Source: a virus | Length of the DNA: 64,000 bases | Strand: one strand, 5' to 3' | Virus record (IMG/VR): IMGVR_UViG_3300029893_000002 | Shown: one piece after another, positions 17,129-24,810 of the stretch | Layout of the letters: each line of letters opens with the position of its first letter | Position numbering within the stretch: position 1 is the stretch's first letter | The notes under the pieces: model-generated | Told to the model about the DNA's origin: nothing | Databases searched by the model: none | What the model saw: the letters and a program-made list of their open reading frames with translations, nothing else | Made by a program: the position numbers and the translations under genes

Positions 17129-17225
17129 AAGCGAGGGGCGCTCTACCCTTGAGCTACCCGACACCTCCGGCGTTTCTTCACCATCCGGCGCCGGAGCGGG
17201 ACTCGAACCCGCAACCTCCCTTCGC
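17129..17225 (-). ncRNA. Circularly permuted tRNA-like RNA, candidate YrlA-type Y RNA
   Basis: T arm precedes D arm; acceptor-like stem closed by a linker; ends GCGAAGGG/CCCCTCGC pair where the anticodon stem would be; no anticodon loop. Confidence 0.7.
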
Positions 17226-17227
17226 GG

Positions 17228-17300
17228 CAGGCCGCCTGGGTGTCGAACCCAGCCGTCTCGGATTTGGAGTCCGAGCCGCCCAGCCAACGGGCCGCGACCT
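17228..17300 (-). tRNA. tRNA-Trp(CCA)
   Basis: Loop CTCCAAA; G73. Confidence 0.85.
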
Positions 17301-17301
17301 A

Positions 17302-17378
17302 TGGCTCCAGGGGTGGGACTCGAACCCACGACCACCCGGTTAACAGCCGGGCGCTACTACCAACTGAGCTACCCTGGA
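17302..17378 (-). tRNA. tRNA-Asn(GTT)
   Basis: U1-A72; loop CTGTTAA; CCA. Confidence 0.9.
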
Positions 17379-17379
17379 A

Positions 17380-17453
17380 TGGTGGGCCGCGCGCTCGCGC
17401 GCGCGACCCTTCATCTGCGCGGAATCCTTCTTCGGTTGTCAACGAGCGAGGCC
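17380..17453 (-). ncRNA. tRNA-sized hairpin RNA ending in ACCA, without T or D arm
   Basis: GGCC/GGCC and CGCTCG/CGAGCG terminal stems; occupies a tRNA-sized slot. Confidence 0.4.
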
Positions 17454-17454
17454 T

Positions 17455-17530
17455 TGGCCCGGGAGGTGGGGCTCGAACCCACGGCCTTCGCGTTCAGAGC
17501 GCGACGCTCTTCCAGCTGAGCTACTCCCGA
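17455..17530 (-). tRNA. tRNA-Gln(CTG)
   Basis: Loop CTCTGAA; G73; CCA. Confidence 0.85.
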
Positions 17531-17531
17531 T

Positions 17532-17608
17532 TGGTGGACCCGGAGGGAATCGAACCCCCGACCGTCCGGGTAAGAACCGGCTGCTGCTGCCTGCTGAGCT
17601 ACGGGTCC
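17532..17608 (-). tRNA. tRNA-Lys(CTT)
   Basis: Loop TTCTTAC; CCA. Confidence 0.85.
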
Positions 17609-17615
17609 GTTGTCG

Positions 17616-17688
17616 TGGGGGCGGTGGGGCTCGAACCCACTCAGGCTGGCTTAAAGGGCCAGTGCCCGTCCCGTCAGGCGCCACCCCC
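17616..17688 (-). tRNA. tRNA-Lys(TTT), C33 variant
   Basis: Stem CTGGC/GCCAG; loop CCTTTAA. Confidence 0.75.
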
Positions 17689-17742
17689 CGTGGGGCGCGC
17701 CGCGTTTGTCGTCCATGCAGCTCCTTTCCGTGCGCAGGCACG

Positions 17743-17822
17743 AAAAAACCGCCCGAGGCTCCTGCCTGGGGCGGTCAGTCGTGTCGGAAATCCTGGGCTC
17801 TTCCTATGCGACCTGACCGCCC
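17743..17822 (-). promoter_or_regulatory. Terminator/antiterminator leader of the tRNA array
   Basis: Terminator CCGCCC-CAGGC-AGGA-GCCT-CGGGCGG-TTTTTT; competing 10-bp helix GGGCGGTCAG/CTGACCGCCC. Confidence 0.7.
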
Positions 17823-17963
17823 TCCGTGGGCCACTCGTGCGCGAGATCGATGGAAACGAAGGTCCCCTGATACAGGCACACGGCGGCGCTGCTACCCGGC
17901 GTATTCGCCGAGCGCCGCTTTGCTGCCGCGCGCATCTGTCTCGAGTGGGACATCACACTCTAG

Positions 17964-17992
17964 CTCTTACGCCTCATCGGGGCCGCTGTCAA
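17964..17992 (-). promoter_or_regulatory. Possible sigma70-type promoter of the tRNA array
   Basis: TTGACA-N17-TAAGAG; perfect -35, weak -10. Confidence 0.4.
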
Positions 17993-18005
17993 GCGCCCCG
18001 TGCGC

Positions 18006-19130
18006 TCAGTCGTCCTCGTACTTGCAGAGGAGGGTCACGAAGATGCCGCGCGGCGACTGCTGCGCGCCGCCAGCCGACTGGCCGCTCACATGAAGGCGAC
18101 CCTGCGCGGGCACCGTGGCGAGGCCGTCGGTGCCCGCGTCCGACGCGTCCGCCGTCGTGGCGACCTCGAGAGAGGCCTGCGCGACGCCGTCCACGTAGAC
18201 GCGGTAGGTCACCGCCTCGTTGCCGGCGCCGGGCGCCACATGACGCACCTGGACGCCGATGATCTTCATCTGGCGCCTGACCGGGACCTGATACGCCCCG
18301 GCTGCCGGGAACGGCCCGGCTGCGAACTCGAAGTACCCCGGCGTGAGGCCCACCTCCTGGCCGCCCGTGTCGATGTTGTCGACGCCGAACTCGAGCGTGT
18401 GCGTGCCGCGGGTCCGCGTGACCGCCACGGTGCCGGTCATCCCGGCCTGCGTGTCGTTGAAGCCGCTGCTCGCGTCCACGTCGACCTGGAGGTTGCTGTT
18501 GGCGTCGCCGTTGTCGCTCAGGGTGTCCTGCTCGACGACCGACGTGTCGGTCACCAGCATGTCGGTCGGGTTGCCCTGACCGTCGGCCTCGATGCGAATT
18601 GCCGCCGCGCCGTTCTGCTGGATCGTCGAGCCCTCGATCACACGGACCAGGCTGTTCGCGGGGACCGACAGCACGGGGTCGCTGGCAGCGCCCTCCGACT
18701 CGATCACCGACTCAGCGATGTCGATTGCGACCGTTCCCGTGTAGGTGATGTGGCCTGTGTTCCGCGCCACGCCGTCCTGCGCGCGCAGCGTGAGATTCCG
18801 GATCGCCTTCGGACCGTTGTTGATCGTCGTCCGGCCGCGCGCGGTCGAGGCGAGCTCGACGGCGATCGGCGAGCGCGCAGTCGGGGCGCCGATGAAGGCG
18901 ACGTCGTAGTCGAACGTGAAATCGCCTTCCGGAAGGACGATGGGATTGCCCGCGTCCCCCTCGTCGTCGAAGATGATGAGCGCACCGGGACCCGACTTGT
19001 TCACCTTGGTGACGAGCTCGTCCCAGTCGGTATAGACGCCGCGGCTCGGATTCTTCGTGCCGCTCGGTGCGTAGGTGAAGGCCTCGCCGCCGCCGAGACC
19101 AAAGAGCTTCGCGACCTTGCCGATGATCAT
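18006..19130 (-). CDS. Putative virion structural, beta-rich protein
   Basis: G/A/T/V/D-rich beta-type composition; longest plausible frame. Confidence 0.65.
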   Translation of the reverse strand: MIIGKVAKLFGLGGGEAFTYAPSGTKNPSRGVYTDWDELVTKVNKSGPGALIIFDDEGDAGNPIVLPEGDFTFDYDVAFIGAPTARSPIAVELASTARGRTTINNGPKAIRNLTLRAQDGVARNTGHITYTGTVAIDIAESVIESEGAASDPVLSVPANSLVRVIEGSTIQQNGAAAIRIEADGQGNPTDMLVTDTSVVEQDTLSDNGDANSNLQVDVDASSGFNDTQAGMTGTVAVTRTRGTHTLEFGVDNIDTGGQEVGLTPGYFEFAAGPFPAAGAYQVPVRRQMKIIGVQVRHVAPGAGNEAVTYRVYVDGVAQASLEVATTADASDAGTDGLATVPAQGRLHVSGQSAGGAQQSPRGIFVTLLCKYEDD

Positions 19131-19198
19131 GGGGTTCCCTCTCCGTCCTTATCCAGGGTATCCTACCCTGGAGCCACCTCCCGAGGGAACCCGAGCCG

Positions 19199-19930
19199 AT
19201 GGGCGCCTTCCCCCCCCTCTTGCCGACCCAGGGCCGCCTGTCCTCGCGCTACGGCATGCGCCGAGGCCGGATCAGCGGCAATCCCACCTACCACGCCGGG
19301 CTCGACTTCGACGCCGGCCGCGGGACGCCCGTCTATGCGGTCGCTGACGGCGTCATCCACGACATCGCGCGCGACTCGACGCCGCGCGGGCCGTACGCCG
19401 GCTACGGCAACGCCGTCGTCCTCTACCACCCGGACGACGAGCGCTGGAGCTTCTACGCCCACCTCGACAGCATCTCGGTGCGCGAGGGCCAGCGCGTCCG
19501 TGCGGCCGACAGGATCGGCCGCGTCGGCAACACCAGCAACGGCCGCTTCCGCGGGATGGGGCGGCACCTGCACTTCGAGATCCGAAAGCGCACGCGCGAC
19601 GGCCGCCCTCCCTTTCCGGGCCCCTACCGCTGGAACAACGTCGACCCCGAGGAGTACCTGAACGCGAAGGGCGTCACCTTCGGCGACCGAGGCGAGATCC
19701 TGGTCGTCCCGGCGACCGAGGCGTTCGCGACCACCGTGCGCTTCGTCGAGCGCGCCAAGGAGCGCGCCGGCGTCTCCGGCCTCGGCATGGCCACTCCGGG
19801 AAACCCCAACATCTACGAGCCGCCCGTCCCCGACGCCGACCTCGTCGGGACGGCCGGCGGCCTGATGGTCATGGGGGCTCTCGCGGCGAGCCTCGTCCTG
19901 CTCGGCTATGTCGCGTTCCGGGGGCGCTGA
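19199..19930 (+). CDS. M23 family peptidase with C-terminal TM anchor
   Basis: HAGLD, YGNAVVLYH, FYAHL, HLHFEIR. Confidence 0.9.
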   Translation: MGAFPPLLPTQGRLSSRYGMRRGRISGNPTYHAGLDFDAGRGTPVYAVADGVIHDIARDSTPRGPYAGYGNAVVLYHPDDERWSFYAHLDSISVREGQRVRAADRIGRVGNTSNGRFRGMGRHLHFEIRKRTRDGRPPFPGPYRWNNVDPEEYLNAKGVTFGDRGEILVVPATEAFATTVRFVERAKERAGVSGLGMATPGNPNIYEPPVPDADLVGTAGGLMVMGALAASLVLLGYVAFRGR

Positions 19931-19945
19931 CGCTACCCTAGCCGC

Positions 19946-21418
19946 ATGACCTGGAAGCCCTCCCGCGAGCTCGTCGAGGCCGCGGTCCGGATGGACGTCC
20001 TCGGCAAGGAGCTGTTCGGCCGGGCGGCCGTCAACGACACGGAGGACGGACGGCCGAACCTCGCCTGGATCTGCGACCCGCTCAAGATGCTCCGCGCCTT
20101 CGGGCTCGGCGACCCGGACCACATCCACGTCTCGGTCGACCCGCGGCGCGTCGCGGCCGCGCTCGAGGCGGTCGGCATCGGCGACAACGTCTTTCGGTGG
20201 GAGCGTGACACGGTCCTCTTCGACTTCCTCGAACGGATGGCACACGACCTCCGGAACTACACCGATCTCGAGGACCTCTTTTTCACCGTCATCCCGGAGC
20301 CCGGCTACCCGTGGCCCTGCGAGGGCGACGCGTACTTCTCGATCCGCGCCAAGGGACTCGTCGAGTCACCGGATCCGCCCTGGCTCATCGACGTCCAGCT
20401 CGACCCAGCCACGGTGGGCGCGGGCGAGGACCTCGTCGTCCGCGGCGCCGATCTCTGCCAGCTGGTGCCCGTCGATGCGGGCTACCAGACCGGCGCTGTC
20501 CACGGTGAATTCTCGGACGGCACCTACTACATCGTGAGCCACGCTGTCTCGCCGCGAAGCACCGAGCGCCTCGCGCCAAGCGATCCGGATGCGTGGCGGC
20601 TCGCCGGCCAGCAGGTCCGCCAGTGCGGTGGTCTTCTCTTTGCCTCGCTCGCCGTCGGCGAGGTGCCGGCCACGAACTTCTCGCCGTGCGTCCTCATTGC
20701 GGACGCGGGCCTCCCGCTCTCGAGCATGAGGCCGTACAAGCAGCGCGGCGCCTATCCCATCATCACCTACGACACCGACGCGTGGACCGGGGCGACCGCG
20801 ACCTTCATGCGCGATGCGGCCATCAGCGCATTCGAGCAGCTCCACGGCCACTCCGACTACATGTACAACATCGACACGACCATCTGGGTGCTCGGCCCCC
20901 AGTCGAGCCCACCGGGCCTCGGCGACTTCGAGCCGAAGATGATCAAATCCTCGTCGCGGCTCCGGACGGCAGTGAAGAAGCGGGCCAAGGTCTGGAGTCG
21001 CGACCTCACGCCGAAGCGCATCCGGAAGCTCCACGACACGCTGGCGATGAAGGCCGACTGGTACGGCTATCTCGAGGCCAAGAGCGCCGGCGTCATCACC
21101 GAGCGGCTCTTTCCGATGGCCGTCTGTCCCGCCGAGATGGAACCCATGTTCCGGTCGTTTCTCGACGCGATCGACTACAGCGGTCACCTCGTCACGCTCG
21201 AGTTGCCTCGCTTCATGCACGCGCCCGTCTTCGGTGAATACTTCGGGGACGGGAGCCAAACAGACGCCGCGCTGGCCGAAGCGGCGGGAGTCAGCCCCGC
21301 GGCCCTCGACGACTACGACACGAAGCGAGCGGCGGTCACCTGGGCGCTCATCCAGTACGGCTACATGGTCGCCGACGCGGTCCGCGAGGTCGGCGTCGCG
21401 GTCGCGGTGGAGGGATAG
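19946..21418 (+). CDS. Hypothetical protein (490 aa)
   Basis: Long ORF; ATG 6 nt after TACCCT. Confidence 0.8.
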   Translation: MTWKPSRELVEAAVRMDVLGKELFGRAAVNDTEDGRPNLAWICDPLKMLRAFGLGDPDHIHVSVDPRRVAAALEAVGIGDNVFRWERDTVLFDFLERMAHDLRNYTDLEDLFFTVIPEPGYPWPCEGDAYFSIRAKGLVESPDPPWLIDVQLDPATVGAGEDLVVRGADLCQLVPVDAGYQTGAVHGEFSDGTYYIVSHAVSPRSTERLAPSDPDAWRLAGQQVRQCGGLLFASLAVGEVPATNFSPCVLIADAGLPLSSMRPYKQRGAYPIITYDTDAWTGATATFMRDAAISAFEQLHGHSDYMYNIDTTIWVLGPQSSPPGLGDFEPKMIKSSSRLRTAVKKRAKVWSRDLTPKRIRKLHDTLAMKADWYGYLEAKSAGVITERLFPMAVCPAEMEPMFRSFLDAIDYSGHLVTLELPRFMHAPVFGEYFGDGSQTDAALAEAAGVSPAALDDYDTKRAAVTWALIQYGYMVADAVREVGVAVAVEG

Positions 21419-22102
21419 ATGCTCGGCGTCGCCATCGTCAGCAACGGCCGCTGCATGGAGCTCCTTCGGCACATCGTCCGGACCTGGCTCGACATGCGGG
21501 TCTCGGTGTCGCTGGTCGGCCCCGAGCTCGTCGTCCGAGACCCTCATCTCGACATCCTTCGGGTGACGGCCGGAGCCGAGCTTGTCCTGTCGGAGGCCGA
21601 TGTCGCGCCTCACCGGCACGGCGACGCCTACGCGCTCGCCATCGAGCGCTGCCTCGATCCCTACTGCCTCGTCCAGGCGGACGACTGCCTCCCCATCGGG
21701 GTAAGGTGGGCGCGCGCGGTCGAGCTCGAGCCCCGCACCCTGTCGGCGATCCGCCTCCTCGATCCGCTCGGCCGCCGCTGGTTCGACTGGGCCGTCCACG
21801 ACGAGACCGGTGAGCGGCCCGGCTCCTACCTCCTGCCGTACGGCGTCCACCGGCCCGGGGCCTATATCACGGGCGCCGCCCAGATCTGGTCCCCCGAGGC
21901 CCGGGACGCCGTCTCCTACCGCGGCCGGGGGTTTCGGCAGTTGGCCGACGTGCGCGTCTGCTGGGAGGCGCAGGCGGCCGGCATCGAGCTTCGCTCGCCA
22001 CGCGAGACGACCGCCGCGGTCATCCACATGGACCGAAAGCCCGAGCGCATCCACATGCATCCCGACTTCGAGCCCGAGCCAGCGTACTCGATGGACCTGT
22101 AG
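21419..22102 (+). CDS. GT-A fold glycosyltransferase-like protein
   Basis: N-terminal beta strand, QADD (DxD-like), later D..VC motif. Confidence 0.5.
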   Translation: MLGVAIVSNGRCMELLRHIVRTWLDMRVSVSLVGPELVVRDPHLDILRVTAGAELVLSEADVAPHRHGDAYALAIERCLDPYCLVQADDCLPIGVRWARAVELEPRTLSAIRLLDPLGRRWFDWAVHDETGERPGSYLLPYGVHRPGAYITGAAQIWSPEARDAVSYRGRGFRQLADVRVCWEAQAAGIELRSPRETTAAVIHMDRKPERIHMHPDFEPEPAYSMDL

Positions 22103-22104
22103 AT

Positions 22105-22335
22105 GTGTCCGAGCAGGACGACGTGCGCCCGCTCCTCGAGATGCTGCTGAACACCATCGGCAAGCACACCGAAGGCGGCCGCGACTTCGTCCCTCTCGAG
22201 GTCGAGCAGGTCGCGCTCAAGTGCCTGTTCGAGGCCCACAGGCGGGGGCGACGGCACAGAACCACCGGCCGCAACGTGCGCCTTTCTGAGACGGGCCTCG
22301 CGGTGGCACAATCGAAGGGTGAGGAGGAACCCTAA
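22105..22335 (+). CDS. Small hypothetical protein
   Basis: In operon order. Confidence 0.5.
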   Translation: MSEQDDVRPLLEMLLNTIGKHTEGGRDFVPLEVEQVALKCLFEAHRRGRRHRTTGRNVRLSETGLAVAQSKGEEEP

Positions 22336-23305
22336 GTTCTATGCCGAGGACCCCGGCGACGGGACGCTCGTCGGGGTCCGTGCGGTCGCCGAGCAGGTCT
22401 TCGAGGGCGGCGATCCGCGGGGCGCGAAGCTCCTCGGGACCGTGCCGTGGATCCTCCGGGGCGACGGGCGCCTTCTCAAGCTCGAGCCGGGCTCGTCCGG
22501 CCGTGGCGGCCTCGCCGTCTTCTTCCCGGTGGAACGGCGGATCGTCATCAACACCTACTCGCGAGCGCCGCTCAAGAGCCCGACCACGGTCCACTGGTTG
22601 ATGGAGCTTGCCAAGGTCCCATCGCTCGGCGACTGGCGCCTCTACCGGCACGCCGACTGGGAGGAGTGGTCGGGGCCTGGCGAGAAGGTCATCGACCTCG
22701 GCATGACGGTGGGCGACATCCCCGAGCTCGTCGAGGAGGTGGCCGAGACGACCCCCGTATTCGACGAGGAGGAGCCGAGGAGCTACGCCTACCACCGGGC
22801 GATCGATCCGAGAGCGGTCAAGTGGTACCACGCGACGCTCGAGCGGCACGTTCCGTCCATCCTCGAGCGAGGACTCCTTCCGAGCCAGGTGGGCGGCGAC
22901 GAGGCGCGGCCTGGTTGGTCACCTGGGTGGAACATGTACCTCCAAGAGGCGGTCTACCTCTTCGACTCCCTCGAGCCGGCCGAGGCCGTCGCCGAAACGC
23001 TCGCCGCGCGCCACGAAGAGCCCGTCGTCGTGCTCGAGGTGGACGGCCGTGGCCTGAGCGACCCCTCCAGGCTCGTCGTCGACGAGGACGTGCTCTACGA
23101 CGACTACGGGTTTCGCGGATCGAGTGGCGCCGACCACGACTTCCCCGAGTACCAGACCAGCTGGAACACCGGCCGCGGCTCCATCGGCTACGCGGGCATC
23201 ATCGCCCCAGAGCACATTCGAGTGCGCTCGCGCGGCGAGATCGACTGGGACGAGGAGGAGATCCTCTTCGAGGACCTCGACGACGCCGAGGCGGACGTCG
23301 GATAA
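22319..23305 (+). CDS. Protein with C-terminal ART-fold (Tpt1/KptA- or PARP-like) domain
   Basis: WYHAT..SILERGLLP..AVYL..VVLEVD..GIIAPEHI. Confidence 0.7.
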   Translation: MRRNPKFYAEDPGDGTLVGVRAVAEQVFEGGDPRGAKLLGTVPWILRGDGRLLKLEPGSSGRGGLAVFFPVERRIVINTYSRAPLKSPTTVHWLMELAKVPSLGDWRLYRHADWEEWSGPGEKVIDLGMTVGDIPELVEEVAETTPVFDEEEPRSYAYHRAIDPRAVKWYHATLERHVPSILERGLLPSQVGGDEARPGWSPGWNMYLQEAVYLFDSLEPAEAVAETLAARHEEPVVVLEVDGRGLSDPSRLVVDEDVLYDDYGFRGSSGADHDFPEYQTSWNTGRGSIGYAGIIAPEHIRVRSRGEIDWDEEEILFEDLDDAEADVG

Positions 23306-23531
23306 GCGTCCGGGGCGCCCCCGTCACCGCGTGAGCGCCCCGAATCGCCGGCTTCCCGATGCCTACCTCACCGGTACCGCCTGAATCACTGGCTCATCGC
23401 TGGCCTCCGCTCACGGTCATGTCGATTCGTCTACACAGTCACACGGGCGCTGTCCTCGCCAGGGTCCCGCCTGGCTCTCTGCGCGAAGACCCCGATCGTA
23501 CACTTCGACCCGCGCGCGGTACAATCGGGGC

Positions 23532-24224
23532 GTGAGCGGCGATCCCCTCTTCGACGCATCGATCTTCGAGGACGCCAGTCCCGATCCGGAGACGGTCGAG
23601 CTCCTGCGCGAGGACGAGCCGGACGAGGACTCTCTCTACGAGGACTCCATCTATCACGAGCGCCAGATCCGATGGGTCGGCGTCCCCGGCAAGATGTACC
23701 GCGCCAGCTGGGACGAGGTCCACGCGTTCCCCGGCAATCCCTTCGACCCGGAGAAGATCGCCGCGATCCGAGAGGTCATCCGAGAGGGCCACTCGAGCGG
23801 CGACAAGGCGGTCCTCTACGCGCCGCCGGCTCTGACGAGCCGGGTCGACCTCACCGATGTCGCCGAGAGCCAGCGGGCCGAGCGCGACGGGGAGCTCTTC
23901 GAGAGCTACGGGATGAGCCGCCCCTACACCACGGGCGACGACGAGCTCGACGAGTACCTCGTCGATCCCGAGGAATACGTCCTCGGGCAGGTGATCGATT
24001 GGGACGACGAGGACGAGAAGAGAGCCGTCCATGCCGAGATGACCGCTCGGGCGGCCGAGGCGCTCGCGAGCGGCGATGGCGACCTCGGCAGTGTCTCGGT
24101 GCAGCTCCGCGACGGCAACCACCGCGCCTTCGCAGCGCAGCTCGAGGGCGAGAGCTACGTCTGGGTCATCGTCAACGATTACCCTCCGGGCGAAGGTGGC
24201 GTCGATCCGGAGGACCTCGAGTGA
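23532..24224 (+). CDS. Acidic ParB/Srx-like domain protein
   Basis: LRDGNHRAFAA..YVWVIV. Confidence 0.7.
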   Translation: MSGDPLFDASIFEDASPDPETVELLREDEPDEDSLYEDSIYHERQIRWVGVPGKMYRASWDEVHAFPGNPFDPEKIAAIREVIREGHSSGDKAVLYAPPALTSRVDLTDVAESQRAERDGELFESYGMSRPYTTGDDELDEYLVDPEEYVLGQVIDWDDEDEKRAVHAEMTARAAEALASGDGDLGSVSVQLRDGNHRAFAAQLEGESYVWVIVNDYPPGEGGVDPEDLE

Positions 24225-24403
24225 TGGAGCGCGAGCCGCGACGAGGAGACCGCCTCGTCCACAAGAAGAGCGGCGTCAGCTACGTCGTCGAGCGCGGGTA
24301 CTACGTGGAGGGCCGCTTCCGCGTCATCGCCGAGAACGGCCGCGCCAGCATCGATCAGGCCTGGACGCAGTGGCTTGCGGCCTACGACTGGTACCCGAGT
24401 TGA
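24224..24403 (+). CDS. Small hypothetical protein
   Basis: TGATG coupling. Confidence 0.55.
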   Translation: MEREPRRGDRLVHKKSGVSYVVERGYYVEGRFRVIAENGRASIDQAWTQWLAAYDWYPS

Positions 24404-24436
24404 CACTGGGTCTCGGCCCGTACGACGATCGTCTCC

Positions 24437-24583
24437 ATGAGCTACCGTCGTCGCCCCATGGGCCAAGAACCCCCGCCGCCGAAGAACAACGCGTGGCTCG
24501 GCCCCGTGGTCGGCATCGGCATCGTGGTCGGCTTCCTCGCCCTGGTCGCCAAGTCCTCGCCCAAGGTGCGCCCGCTCTACTAG
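24437..24583 (+). CDS. Small single-TM protein
   Basis: MSYRRRP..GPVVGIGIVVGFLALVAK. Confidence 0.55.
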   Translation: MSYRRRPMGQEPPPPKNNAWLGPVVGIGIVVGFLALVAKSSPKVRPLY

Positions 24584-24810
24584 CCCTTGAGGACCGTGAT
24601 CGCGCGCGGCCGCGCGCGGCCGTACTTGTCCCTTCCGCGCTCGATGTAGCCCTTCTTCTCGAGCGCCACGAGGTGGTCACGCGCACCGGATGGGTTCGCC
24701 ATCTTGAAGCGGCGCGCGATCTCCTCGAGCGTCGGCGGAAAGCCGTGGTCGTCGTGAAAGTCGATGAGGAAGTCGAGGATCTTCCGCTGACGGTCGGTGA
24801 GCCCCCTCAT
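24580..24810 (-). CDS. LexA-type winged-HTH DNA-binding domain only (76 aa)
   Basis: LTDRQRKILDFL..GFPPTLEEIA..HLVALEKKGYI; no peptidase domain. Confidence 0.85.
   Translation of the reverse strand: MRGLTDRQRKILDFLIDFHDDHGFPPTLEEIARRFKMANPSGARDHLVALEKKGYIERGRDKYGRARPRAITVLKG

Noticed and set aside
17129-17225. Archaeal/algal-type permuted tRNA gene maturing to a functional tRNA
   Set aside because: No bulge-helix-bulge and no way to rebuild a U33-containing 7-nt anticodon loop; a YrlA-like mimic fits better.
12528-18262. Track ORFs overlapping tRNA genes
   Set aside because: Translations of tRNA sequence (recurring GFDS/RESNP peptides from T arms).
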